A DNA stretch of 63,465 nucleotides, filler included, from Ionaspis alba (GCA_964255285.1; 8 parts of 8 records of this genome joined end to end with filler, not necessarily neighbours in it); one strand, 5' to 3'; shown: positions 15,956 through 28,868, counted from the first letter of the whole stretch. A program made the numbers and translations. Notes: a model not told the origin generated them from the letters alone.

Positions 15956-18132
15956 GGGCTGCCGCCTCGACCGAGGGGTGGCATTGGGCCGGGGACACCG
16001 TGAACACCGTTTGGTGGGGCGATGTTGGCATTGAGGGCTCCGTAGTTGGGGTTCGTGATCCGAGTTGGTGCGGGTTGTGGCGGTTGGAGGGGAGCAGGTT
16101 GCGGGAGATTTTGCGGTCCAGAGTATGGATTTTGGCCGATATGAGGCATGCTCGGGGTTGGCGAGGGACGGCGCACTGGTGTATGGCGGTGGGGCTCCTG
16201 ATATTGTCTCATGTGCTCTTGGCGTGGACTTGGCTGTCTGGGCTGTGGTGGCGGCCTGATGGCCTCATGTTGCTCATATGGGTTGAGAGGTTGTGGTTGG
16301 GGATTATCGATCGCTGCCAACCTTCTGTTCCAGTCGGGGACAGGTCCTGGTGGGACTGGACCTTGCCCTGGAGGGCCAGGCTGTGGTGCTGGGACACCCC
16401 ATTGGTGGCCAGGTGGGGCGCCAACACCAGCTGCTTGATACTGTTGTGGATGAACGTCTTGTGGTACAGGTGCAGCATGTTGATTTGGCATGCCGGTGGG
16501 TTGCCCGTTGCGGAGTAGCTGTAGTCTCGCTTTGATATGTACATTTCCAGGATCCAGATCCGCGGCTCGTTGATATGCATCCAGTGCATCTGTGGTCTGG
16601 TTGTTGCATGACTCATACTAGTGGAAGGTTAGGTTGATTTTCTACCAATGCATAAGTAGCTTTAGATGGACGTACCAGTGTGCCAAGATCGTACCAGACT
16701 TCGGATATGTATGGATTCAACCGAATCGCCCTTGAATAAGCATCCAGAGCATCACGATATTGGTTGATCTGGTAGTAGAGAACACCGATTGAGCACCAGA
16801 AAGTTGGGTTACGACCATCACGATAAACAGCTTGCTGATAAGCTTCATAAGCCTTGGAGTATTTCTGCTGAGACATGTAACACCGTCCAAGCAAATACCA
16901 GCTCTGAGCGTCGTTGTTGTCTGGACACGGGTTAGTTCTCAACTCGATCACTGATAATATGAAAGCCTACCAGACTTGACAGATTTCTCAAGATACTCGA
17001 TGGCATGTTCTTGGCTTGTGAAACTGTTGCTTTGTTGATGGTATAACCATCCGAGTTGCTGTAATACCTTTGCATGATTGGGATCGCGGTCAAGAACACG
17101 GCGGTAGGCATTCTTCGCAGAATCGTACTGTATAGCTGTTAGTCACCACTATTTAGACTTGTACCCATTATGGACCGCTTACATCCTTCTGCTGTTCATG
17201 GACGTGGCCGATCTGGAACCAGATATCCTCTTCGGTCAATGGTCGTGGAGGATCTTGGACGATATAGGTAAAGCACTTGAGCACAAAGTCAGTTTTAGGG
17301 ATTAGAATTCTCGGCTACATTTGTGTACCTCAAGACTTTGCCCGAACTTTTGCTGCTGTTTGTAGATTATCCCTAGCCGAAAGTATATTTCGTTTGCCTT
17401 CTCAAAATCGGGCTGCATTCGCATGACTTGGGAAAAGGCTTCCTCAGCATGCTCTAAGGACCCATATCGATCGTATAGTATCCCAATGCCATACCAGAGT
17501 TTTGGTTCCTGATGATCCGATTGTCAGTGGTGCATTATGAAATAAGGAACATCTCTGGGGAAAGTACCTTGGGGTCCCTGAGATGGTACAAAGCTTGTTG
17601 GTAGGCAGCATAAGCTTGTTGTAGGTCTTCCATCATCAAATAACAGTGACCTGAGCACATCATCAGTATCACTCTATTCTGACATGTAAGATTCTGCTAG
17701 TTTACCTAGGCTGCCCCAAACTTCGCCGTTGTTGTTATCCAGTTTCAGTATTGCCTTTAGATACTCGACCGCCCTTGGGAACTGCTCTTTCGTCCGAAGG
17801 ATGCATGAGATGGCGTTCATGGCTTGTATAGAATATTGATTGTGGCGTAAGGCCTGCTCGTAGGCGTTGACAGCAGCTTCGAGGTCGCCCATGACCTCTG
17901 TCAGGTTTCCTGATACGTATATCAGCATACAAACCTCTCCAACTTTATTGAACAGTATCTATTACATACCAATTTGCAGCCAGACAGCTTCGTTAAGCTG
18001 CGTCATGTGCTGCGGAGTAATCTTAGGATGCGCCTGCATAGGCATATGGCCGTTCATTTGGGGATGTGCGCCTGGAGGTCCATGATGTGGATGTAATCCA
18101 GGCGGCGATGGCTGTCGTAGTTGACTTGCCAT
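15956..18132 (-). CDS. SSN6: General transcriptional corepressor Ssn6/Cyc8 (TPR repeats), 3'-truncated
   Basis: TPR exons QLNEAVWLQIG, AYEQALRHN, SWYLLGRCYMSQQKYSKAYEAYQQAVYRDGRNPTFWCSIG and SEVWYDLGTL. Pro/Gln-rich tail. Confidence 0.95.
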
Positions 18133-20488
18133 CGCATTGTACAGCGCTAACGGTAGGCTGGTGTGGTTGTGATCATACAAAAGCCGTCATGCCCAGGACC
18201 GTTGCGACGAAACCTCACAACATGTAGGTCTCCACCACGACTTGTCACAAGAGTATAGGACCTAGAGGGGATTTTGCGTTGACAAGTCGGAAGGAAGTTG
18301 GTTGGCCGTTGAAGACTTCCCGAACGCGAACGTTCCGAGAGATGCTCGAATCCTTCCGAGCGACCACGGAATACGACGAAGCTATAGCTGGGGAGTGGCC
18401 AGGCTTATATGATGGATAATCAATGTATTAGACTTTGAGACTGGAGGCTAGAGTGGATCTTTAGGGAGTCAAGGAACCATGGGAGACTGCAGAGAGTGAA
18501 GAACCAGGCACCCAAACGTGACATGGAAGGAAGAGAAGGGAGCAGGTTCGGGATATGGGGGGGGAATTGGCGATGGCTTTCGCGATTTTAGGTGAAGAGA
18601 CGATTTTATCACAAGCCCGAACACTAGCAAGGGACCCTGGACGGAGAGCCGTAGTCAGAACGCACGCCACCCCAAGCCGCTGCGCATTGGTGGGGGACTT
18701 GACTGTTTGAGCTGGAGGGCTGGCTAAGGTTGGTCGGGGCTTGTTGGCCCCCGGAAACCCTTATTTCACTTTGCGAGGGCTTGCTCGCGTACCCAGGTCG
18801 GCTTATTGCAAACACAGCACTTAGGCAGGAGCTCGAGAACCTTGGTACGGCCATCTTCCAGCACGGTTTATTCGTACCATGGGACAACAACAGTTACTGG
18901 GAAAGATTATTGCATGATAACCTTCTTCGTGCACAGACACCATCATCGCTACGTCGGTCAGCCACTCTATCGTTATTCCGATCCGCTCGCGAGTCTTCCG
19001 ACGTTGCTGAATAATCTTACGGTCGCACTCATGGACGAAAGTCAGATAATCGATGCCAGAGACATGTCAGAGCCTCATCTTACCTCGTATACCTCATTCT
19101 CGACTATCAGTGACAACCTTCTCCCTATTAATTCTCCGATTCGATGAAATCCCCATGGACACCCTTCGAAAAGAAGGAACCATGATCGCCATTATACTTC
19201 TGACTCGCTGTCATCATCACCCTTGTTCTTAGGTCAACTTCGTCGCTTCCGCCTAACAGCCAGACCGGGATAATCAGAGCGAGCCGCCCAGTTGCATCCG
19301 ACGGGATCCCTCCCCCAGTCAACAGGAGTGGGGATGCCTGGGCACAGCAACAGTTCAGAAGGCTTCCAGGGGTGCACTGAGAAGGGGGGGGGTGTGGTAA
19401 TTCCTATAAGGTGCAGGATTCGCAAGGAAGTCTCCGAGGTGCCGCTGACCTGAGCAGGGTTTGAGAGCTAGCTGGTGAACTGACTGCCGCGCATAACACA
19501 AAATTTACAAGCTGCAGATCGCCTGCCCGCCTCCGGACCGGTCGAGCGACAGATCTAGGGGATGCAGTCATCACGCCGAAGTGGTTGGATCGTTTTGACA
19601 GCCCTGGCTTTTTTCCTGCTGCATGTCTACCACCGCTGTGCCATCCCATGCACCACGTTGCAGCTGGGCCCCGAAGGGAGCCACTCGAGCCACCGGCCGT
19701 CCTCGACCAGTCGATTCGCTAACTCAGCATCATTTAGGCAAACACGATTAGGCAGGAAGGGCAATGCGCATAAATGTAAGTACCGCCGTTCGTTGCTGGT
19801 TGGAAATTGGGAGGAAGGGGGCCCATTACCCGGTGCACTCTCTCTCTTGCACAACCACACCAGACACACACATGTGTCTGACTGCAGCATGAGGCTTGCA
19901 GGTCCGTTGACACCAGCCTGGGACATGGGCCATGGCAAGCGTCATCCCTCCACGGCCTGCAGAGCCGTCTGGGTTGTCGATAAACGAAGTTTGTCAGTTG
20001 TTTTAAGATCATCGGACGCCCGGAAAGGAAGGCTCCGTCAAAAGCACGGGAGATTTTGTCTCGATTTCCTTTCCTTACCTCTTCTCAGACCACGCAAGCC
20101 ACAATATTCTTGTGTGCGGCTCTGCATCCAGCCCGCATTTACCTTAACATGGTGCAACGATACACAGGTGACAGTTCTCGTGCCACCTGATGTATTAAAT
20201 GCAATTCCTTTCACGTGGCTATGAGAACCTCGGTGGAGATTCCTGTTACACATCCAATCAATAATGGAAGAATGTGGAAGATTCCTATCTGTTCCCGAGT
20301 GCGCTTCTAATGCAGAGCGATATGCGATCTGTTCATCTAGACGCCTGCATGGTGGTGTCTATGAAATGACTACGTGTGGGTGCCCACCAGAGAGTATGCA
20401 CTGACTCAATCATTTCCCCACCCTAGAGCCCGCATTCGCATCTGCATCTGCATCCACCACTCAGAAACAACACCTAAAGCATTGATCT

Positions 20489-20698
20489 TATGCGGATCTC
20501 CCACCTGACAAGAGTACAGATACTTGAGGATAGCAGGGTCCCCNNNNNNNNNNNNNNNNNNNNNNNNNNNNNNNNNNNNNNNNNNNNNNNNNNNNNNNNN
20601 NNNNNNNNNNNNNNNNNNNNNNNNNNNNNNNNNNNNNNNNNNNTATGCGGATCTCCCACCTGACAAGAGTACAGATACTTGAGGATAGCAGGGTCCCC
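20489..20698. repeat. Exact 55-bp duplication on both sides of a 100-N scaffold gap (probable assembler k-mer overlap)
   Basis: 20489-20543 is identical to 20644-20698 (TATGCGGATCTC...GCAGGGTCCCC). Confidence 0.9.
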
Positions 20699-21553
20699 CG
20701 AAAACCGTTGTTCGAACTTGAAGCCACCGATAGGGGCTATAATTATCCCGTTGCATCTGCGCTGGATATATAGGATGTCCAAGGGTATCGATTATCTCGT
20801 TACTAGACATCAATCAAGCAAGAGTCAAAAATGGCTCGAGGGGTTGATGCATCTTTCTACAACAGAAAATGGTGAAAGGTTCTACCCACCTGGATCCGAG
20901 AACCTGGTCGAAATCTTTGAGCACAGTCTCATGTTGAACTGTATTACTACCACCACTACTAATTACAGAATTCAGCCATAAACCTCTGGACCTGTTAGTT
21001 ACTGAATGTCTTCTTCAAGACCTCCCCAATCTTCCGTTCCGTTGCCATTGTCACAATACTATTCCAATGTTCCCTTTTCACTGCATGTAGAGAAGCCTCC
21101 ACTCGTCCTCGAAGCTGGCAACTACACAGGGTGACTGTGAGCCAGGTACAACGAGGACACGAAACAGGCAAACAATCCTAGCCTCTCCCTTGCTCATATT
21201 TGGCAAGGGATTTAATGTCCATCAAACGGCACATGTGCACCTGTCACCCCAAAAACTAGACTATGATTGTAGCGGCTTCCAACTAGCTTCTATGTATAAT
21301 TCCAGGGAGCCAAGAAGAATGCGACTGACATCACAGGGACTGTAGATGAAACATGCCTTGAGGCTGTCAAAATTTATTGCATGGCTGGAGAAGAGACCGA
21401 AACCATGGCCCGCCAGAGAGGCCCTAGCGGCGGAGAGGGTTGGATATTCTAACCTCGCTTAAATTTAGCTCCACACAATTTCAATGTCCGGAAATCTATC
21501 TTGACAAGGACCTCAAATTCGATTTCGACAACAGCGAAGCTTACCAACGCAAC

Positions 21554-22946
21554 ATGTCGCACCGGTCAGTCAAATCCTTCCCTAAAATTCATGAGCCTAG
21601 ACTTGGATCCAGACAGTTCAACCTGATAGCAATCTTGATTTGCGCGGTTCTTTACAAATACTGATTGAAGCCCACAGAAAGTTCGAAGCACCGCGACATG
21701 GCTCGTTGGCATTTCTGCCACGAAAGCGTGCTGCCAGACATAGAGGGCGGGTCAAGAGCTTTCCGAAGGATAATCCCAAGGCTCCTGTCCACTTGACCGC
21801 TGCTTTGGGTTACAAGGCCGGTATGACCACAATCGTCCGAGACCTCGATCGTCCTGGAGCCAAGATGCACAAGAAGGAAATCGTCGAAGCTGTCACTGTC
21901 ATTGAGACTCCTCCCGTGGGTATTAACGATAAGCTCATCACTATTGTGGCTAATAAGGAATTAGATGGTTGTCGTTGGAATCGTCGGCTACATCGAGACT
22001 CCCCGCGGCCTTCGATCGCTCACCACCGTCTGGGCCGAGCACTTGAGCGACGAAGTCAAGCGCCGCTTCTACAAGAACTGGTACAAATCAAAGAAGAAGG
22101 CCTTCACCAAATACGCGAAAAAGCACTCCGAAAACTCCGGCCAATCCATCACCCGCGAACTCGAACGCATCTCCAAATACTGCACCGTCGTCCGCGTCCT
22201 CGCCCACTCCCTCATCCGCGAAACACCTCTAAAGCAAAAGAAAGCACACTTAATGGAGATCCAAGTTAATGGCGGCAGTGTCGCGGACAAAGTCGCTTTT
22301 GGCAAAGGGCTGTTCGAGAAGAAGGTCGATATCCATAGCATCTTTGAGCAAGACGAAATGATCGACTGCATTGCTGTCACCAAAGGTCATGGATTCCAAG
22401 GCGTCACCAGCAGATGGGGCACGAAGAAGCTTCCGCGGAAGACGCACAAGGGTCTGCGAAAGGTGGCTTGTATTGGTGCTTGGCATCCTTCCCATGTCCA
22501 GTGGACGGTTGCTCGTGCCGGTCAGGACGGATACCATCACCGTACTTCGGTCAATCATAAGATCTACCGTATGGGCAAGGGTGGAGAGGAGGGTAATGCT
22601 TCGACCGAGCTCGATGTCACCAAGAAGCAGATTACTCCGTAAGTAGTCTTGGTTCTATCATTACATGCATTGATGCTAACGCTATCACAGTATGGGAGGA
22701 TTCGTCCGCTACGGCGAGGTCAAAAACGACTTCCTCCTCCTCAAGGGCTCAGTCCCGGGCGTCAAAAAGCGAGTGATGACTCTCCGCAAATCGATGTTCA
22801 CACATACGAGCCGGAAAGCGCTGGAGAAGGTGGAGCTCAAATGGATTGATACCTCGTCCAAGTTTGGCCACGGAGCATACCAGACGCCGGCCGAGAAGCG
22901 GCAGTTCCTCGGTACCTTGAAGAAGGATATCGTGGCTTCTTCCTGA
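21554..22946 (+). CDS. RPL3: 60S ribosomal protein L3 (uL3), 3 introns
   Basis: [49 protein letters not shown] and [10 protein letters not shown]. Confidence 0.99.
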
Positions 22947-23213
22947 TCTGGGTGAGAGATCGGATCGGGTGTTTGTCTGTGTGTGGAGGAAGCTTGGTTG
23001 TTGTTGCTGCTGTGTGTTTGGTGTTCTTGAGTGGCTTTAGCTAGGAGATTCAAGATTCACGGCAGTCTCTCTTGCAGTATGATTTCCTCGCTCTCTGAAG
23101 TACAATTGTGTTCCGTAGACTTCACATAATCGTTAGAGACTCAGATTCCTCCCTATAATCTTCTACCCAAAACTTTGCAAGATAGGTAGCCTATGTCCCA
23201 ACGCACCTCCATC

Positions 23214-23821
23214 CTAACTCTCCACCGCCCTCGCCCTCAACCCCACAACCCTCCCTTCCCCATCAACAGCCACAACCCAATACTCCACCCTGCTCCCCTC
23301 TTCCGTCCGGAACACCTTTGCCTTCCCGCCAGCACTCTCCACCGCCTTCACAACCTCTGCGTATTCTCCCTTCGGATCCCACTCCCTGACACTCATCTGC
23401 GAAACCTCCGCTTCGTGACCGATCAGTTTCTTGAACTCATCTGCAGAAGACTCGTATCAGTATCTATCCAGCCTTATAAGTAGTATATAGAAGTCCTCTA
23501 GCTCTGCTTCTCCCTAGCAACAATCGGGTCGAGCACCCCGGGGCCAACTTCCTCCGTTCCCTTGGACAAAAGTAGTTCGGCCTACGACATCACAGAAGAG
23601 AAGTGAAGTACGTACCAACGTCCAAATCCCCCTTCCCCTCCCACTCCAGCGCCACGGGCTCGAACGGCTCATCTGCTTCGCTGGTGTAGTATTTTTCCAC
23701 TTTCTCTAACACGGTAGGGACTTTCGTATCCACTGTTTTTGTTTGGGCACCTTTCTTGGAGAAGGTTGTGGCTTTGGCGCTGCTGGTGGGTTGGTTGGCT
23801 TTGTCGAGGAAGGAGGCGTAG
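23214..23821 (-). CDS. Small protein resembling nuclease A inhibitor (NuiA), 5'-truncated, intron 23441-23615
   Basis: Spliced frame: YASFLDKANQ...YYTSEADEPFEPVALEW...|DEFKKLIG...VREWDPKGEY...KVFRTEEGSRVEYWVVAVDGEGRVVGLRARAVES*. The intron is canonical (GTACGT...CTGAT...CAG). The family call is inference from motifs. Confidence 0.75.
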
Positions 23822-24444
23822 NNNNNNNNNNNNNNNNNNNNNNNNNNNNNNNNNNNNNNNNNNNNTTAATTAATTAANNNNNNNNNNNNNNNNNNNNNNN
23901 NNNNNNNNNNNNNNNNNNNNNGCACTTTGTACCCGAAGCGCTCCAGTGGTATAATGACAAAGAAAGGCCCCGATCCATACCATGTACTGACCAGAGAGTT
24001 GGAAGAGAATGCTAAAAATACTCCACAAAGGCTTTCTTTACAACGACCTCAACAACGACGAATACTGATTGCCGATTGGCTACAACCGGCATTAACAGCC
24101 GCAGGCTCGCGTGGCACAAAAGCCCACGAGGACGCTTGACCAGATCTGGACTAGAACATCTGCCAGCCCGTGGCCCTGGCTTTCAGCCTTACCTGCGCCG
24201 CTTCTCCCTAGGCAGTCGAAACCCCTGTTGCTTCTGTTGTATTTGGCCTTTCGTGCTTGTTCCTCCGACTTTGATCTCATTTTTCGCTCTCTTCCAAAGT
24301 ACTCAAGAACCATTCTGTAGGAGATACCACCCTTGTCTTCATCGAGCAGCCGCGGTTTCTATATCGCACATGGAAATCAGGGATCGGCTTTCATAATTCA
24401 ACATTCCAGCTGCAGGCTGCAAGTTGCCCCTTACTTCGCGACCC

Positions 24445-26011
24445 ATGGCCTTCACTGGTATTCTTCCCTCCTCCTCCCGGCGCGACATCATCATCATCGC
24501 CTCGATAATCTGTCTTATCACCATCATCATATCCTTCCGCTCTATCTTCGCCGACCGTCCTTCGTCATGGCCAAACACCGACCTCCCCAAGTTTGGCGGT
24601 GCCAAAACGAGTCCTGCGGCAGATACCCAACCGACAAAATCATTACTCCAGATACATACGACATCTGTTCTTACTACCAGCACATCGAGCACGTCCCACC
24701 CCACCCCCACAGCCGACACCGTGGAGAAAATTACCGAAGGGTGTGACGGGTTTCCAGACACAAAGGACATCCTGGTGGTGATGAAGACAGGTGCAACAGA
24801 AGCTTACGACAAGCTCCCCATACATTTCATGACAACCCTGAAGTGCGTCAACGACACGATCATTTTCTCGGACATGGAGATGGACATGGCAGGCCACCAC
24901 CTCATCGACGTTCTCAGCGAAATTACAGACGACGTCAAGGACGGTAACCAGGACTTTGAGCTCTATCGAAAGCTGCAGGAATATCACAAATTACGCGAAG
25001 ATCCTCGAGCATTGAAAGAAGGCCAGACCAGCTGGAATTTGGACAAGTACAAGTTCACGCAGATGCTGCTGAGGAGCTATCGATACCGTTCCGATGCACC
25101 TTGGTACGTCTTCATCGAAGCCGACACGACCATCATATGGGACAACCTGCGCAAATACCTCGACAAAATGGATCCGAAGAAGAAGTTGTATTTCGGGTCC
25201 CCTACATATATCGGTAATCTCGAATTCGCCCATGGAGGAACCGGCTACATCATCTCCCAAGCCGCCATGGAAGTGGCCGTGGGAGGTCATAAAGAGTTGG
25301 CGTCGAAGTACGACAAAACTGTTAAGGATGTATGTTGTGGCGATGCCATGATCGGCCGAGTCCTCCTCGACGAGGACATCCACCTCACGAGAACCTGGCC
25401 CATGCTCAACGGCGAGAAACCCAACACGCTCATGTTTGCCAAAAATCATTGGTGTCAACCGGTCCTGTCGATGCACCATCTGACCGCCCAGGAGGTAGCC
25501 ATGGTCTGGAACTTTGAGCAAGAGCGGAAAGCGAAGGGTATCAAGGTCAGCCCCAGTCCAATTCCCTCGTATGCAAAGTGAGAACTAATGCTGACATGGG
25601 AAAAATCAGGATCCCCTCCTTTTCCGTGACCTCTATGACCGCTTCGTCGGCGCCGCCCTCGAAGCGCGGCGTACCGACTGGACCAATCTCGCACAAGACA
25701 GGACATACGTCGCGGACCCTACCGCCGATTTCAACGGCCGCAAATGGGACGATCTGAACGAGGTCGAGCGTGGAGCCAACGAATCCCCTGACGCCTGTCA
25801 GAAAGTGTGCGAAGAGGACAAGGAGTGCATCATCTGGGTGCATCACGATCGGGAGTGTAAAACAGACAAGGGTGTCAAGCTTGGAGGGAGCAAGAGACCG
25901 GAGGGCGGAAAGGCCTGGGTCAGTGGATGGAATCTTGAGAGATGGGAAAAGGTCAAGGCGGGATTGGGAGACTGTGCGAGTGGAGCGGATTGGGAATTCA
26001 GGGGGCCTTGA
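24445..26011 (+). CDS. Glycosyltransferase family 31 (fringe-like) type II membrane protein
   Basis: N-terminal TM helix and Thr/Ser stem. Motifs VVMKTGATE, WNLDKYKF, WYVFIEADT, FAHGGTGYIIS, CCGDA and WCQPVLSMHH. Intron 25546-25609. Confidence 0.88.
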
Positions 26012-26372
26012 ACGAAGGGAGCAAAGAGAGATGAAATCTTAGGGTCTGATGTTGGTATATAGCTTCGGAATGCGTCACAGTTGCATAGGATGGAGCGTAG
26101 GTCGCTTCTTGAAGAGACCAGGACTGGTGTTTGGGATGGATCTATGATGTCACATAGTCACTTCTTTTGTGCAAATAGACATTGAACACATATCGCGTGG
26201 GCTTGTGTCATTTATTTGATTTATCACTTGTGAAATTCTTGCTGTCAAATGGTCCGAGTAGCATGTAAGAAGTCACTGTATACTCTTGAACATAGGCCCA
26301 GACTTTGCCTCCCCTTTCTATATCCCTGGATCTTGGTGGCAGAAAGTGTCCGTTCCGAGCTCCATGGCCCGG

Positions 26373-26804
26373 TCATGTCAATCGTATCGAGGTTACTCTT
26401 TCGTCCCGTCTCTTCGCGGCATCCACCCACTGCCAGAGTAATAGGGTGATCTGTAGCGCCACGACCCAAAAAGCGAATTTGGCATTCCGTATCAAAGGTG
26501 ATGCAAGAGCAGACGTACTGCTAGCTGCGGGACCACAGTAGCAGTATTGCCACCACCTCTTCATGGGCCCATAAAGGAGCTGCCAGCCGATAAGCAGCGA
26601 GAGTAGTGTCCAAAGCAGAGGAAGGAATTGGTAGGGTAAAGACCCAGGGCGAACACGACTTAGAATGGAAGGAACATTTCCGAGAAGGATAACACCAACA
26701 ATTGTGCGAATGACAAGGCTTTTTGGTGGACGCGGAGCTGGCTGGATGATGAACGGTAGAGGCGGTAATGGTTCACTGACGGGTTGAGCGGGTTGGGGAC
26801 TCAT
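26373..26804 (-). CDS. Hypothetical small membrane protein (143 aa, about 3 hydrophobic segments)
   Basis: ATG in good context (TCAACCATG) and three hydrophobic stretches. It fills the space between GT31 and PSD1. No recognised family. Confidence 0.5.
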   Translation of the reverse strand: MSPQPAQPVSEPLPPLPFIIQPAPRPPKSLVIRTIVGVILLGNVPSILSRVRPGSLPYQFLPLLWTLLSLLIGWQLLYGPMKRWWQYCYCGPAASSTSALASPLIRNAKFAFWVVALQITLLLWQWVDAAKRRDERVTSIRLT

Positions 26805-27091
26805 GGTTGACGATGTGGAGTTGCTGAGCTGTATGTTTGTGACTTGGGATCCAGCCGTACTAACGAGTGCCTAGAAGTGATTGGTGATAATAGACGAGAG
26901 AGAAAGAGAAAGAACTGAACAGATGGACGTTCACTCACATATGAGTTGGTTTAAATTGTAATTGGCGCCAAAATTCCTACCAAGGATCACTGGACCGAAA
27001 AGGGAGAAATGCAATTGCGCGAAGGAAAGGAAAGTATAATCAGAACCATATTTGACATATAGACAACATTATGTACAGTCAGATAGGCATC

Positions 27092-28868
27092 TTACTCCTC
27101 GTCCACCCATCCCAAGGGTTCCCCGTACTTGACTTTCTGTCCCTTCTCAACTCCCCACCTCCATCCGCCTTTCAAGGTTCCATCTTCCCACCCCTCATCG
27201 AAACTTTTCCTTTTTCCTTTCGGCGCTTCGAAGACCAGCACAATCGAGCTCCCAAGCTGAAACCCGCCCATTTCTTCCCCTTTCCTCAACGCATGCCCAC
27301 CGAGCAATCGACTCGATTGTGCGTATGTCGCCTCGGCAAAACCAGAGTAAGGCTCTCCACGCTCGAGGGCTTCTTCAGCAGCGCGATCTGCTGCGGTATC
27401 GGTCGTGAGACTGTTGGTGCGAAGTTCGCTATCGAAATTGATCTTGATGGAGCCGACGTTCGTGGCTCCAACAGGAGTGAAGCTGAAGAAGCCCCATCGC
27501 CAGCGGCCGAGCAAGACAACACGCTCGTTCAAAGTGAAAAGGCCGGGAAGTGTACGTTGCAGATATGGCGAGACGCTGTAAAGTTCACCTGCGAAGTGGC
27601 GACGTCTCTCAACAACCCAGGATGTGGGAGAATGGAATCGATGGTAGTCGCCAGGAGCGAGGTAGACTACAATGTAATAGAGTGCAGTGGGAGTTTTAGG
27701 AGTTGATGAAAAGAACGACTCTTTGCTGCCGTCACCCAGAGCAAGGTCCGCACGGACTTCGGCAATGGAGGAGGATTTAGGTGCTGTAGAGGCATCGGTC
27801 GAGGTGGTAGACTGAGTGCCTTCAGGGCCAGAAAATAGATTCGGGAGAGTGTAGGATATGCCGTTGACGTTTGCAAATTCCTCGTCGGACCGTATGATGT
27901 CTTCGCTGCCGGAACGGTCTGTAAATTGAGCTTTGGCGTGGTTGGCGGATTGAATTGGGGCGTCTGGAAGAGCCGAAGCAGCAGCTGGAGAGGTTGAACC
28001 CAGGAGAGCATCGAGACTATAGGTCATGCCTTTTACCTGCTCAACTTCGCCTCGCTCGATCGTGCCAAATTGAAGGACCCGACCGTCGGCGGGTGAGAGG
28101 AGGGCAGAAGGGTCGCTGGAAAGGGGCCGGACGCCAGGCTTCAGGGTGCGGTAAAAGAAGGACGCGAGGTTGGGATAGACATGAAGATCCGGTTCAGAGA
28201 CTTCGGAGAGACTACGAAGACCTGTCAGATTTGGCGACCTTAGAACTGTACGGGAACAACGAACTTGACGCCGAATATCCAAGAATACAGCTTGAACCCT
28301 GGTACACGTAGATAGTAGGGTATTTCGAGCTCGTTGAATCGGCCCCAGAGCCTCGAAACTGCTTTCAGAGGTAACGTGGACATGATCTGAACCTGCCTAT
28401 GCACCAGGCAATCAGCTGTATATCAGGCAGCTGGCTTGTCTTGTCCTCTGGTCCTACGTACCAGGGGCCGCTTGGTCTTATCCTCTTTCTCTTCTTCGGT
28501 CTGCCTCCATTACCCTCACCTTGTCCGCCTGTGCTCTGGTCTCTTTCATGGTCTTCCTCTTGCCTCAGCTTCTCCCTCTGCTGTATACGATAGAGCTGTG
28601 CAAAGCCCAAGAATCCAATTCCGAGTCCCACAGGTATAGGATACCATGTTATCTTGGTGTCTCGGAGTGCAGTGCGGAGTCGAGACCTGAAAGATGCTTG
28701 ATCGTGGGAACCACCGCCATTTCTACGGGTAGAAGAGGCGATGAAGTGGCGTGGAACACCTGCTCGTTGTCGACAAAGTATGCATTGGCCACCGTATGGG
28801 GGTCGAGGGGAAAACTTCGAGACCAGGTCCGGCCGAAGCCCAAACGTTGGTCTGAACGGCGTCATCAT
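27092..28868 (-). CDS. PSD1: Mitochondrial phosphatidylserine decarboxylase Psd1
   Basis: Motifs SPADG, VEQVKGMTYSL, YLAPGDYHRFHSP, NERVVLLG, VGATNVGSI and autocleavage site FQLGSSIVL. Arg-rich presequence followed by a TM segment. Confidence 0.96.

Noticed and set aside
19562..20224. 220-aa ORF upstream of SSN6
   Set aside because: No recognisable motif, and an Arg/Ser/Cys/His-rich composition typical of chance ORFs.
20489..20698. 55-bp direct repeat as a CRISPR, LTR or tandem array
   Set aside because: There are only two exact copies, both abutting an N gap. The length matches a common assembler k-mer, so an overlap artefact is most likely.
21565..21677. Intronic snoRNA or nested (stwintron) intron in RPL3 intron 1
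   Set aside because: No canonical box C with terminal stem, and internal AGs do not regenerate a donor.
27240..27260. PSD1 cleavage motif LGSS instead of yeast LGST
   Set aside because: The catalytic G-S pair is intact, and LGSS is a normal variant in filamentous fungi.
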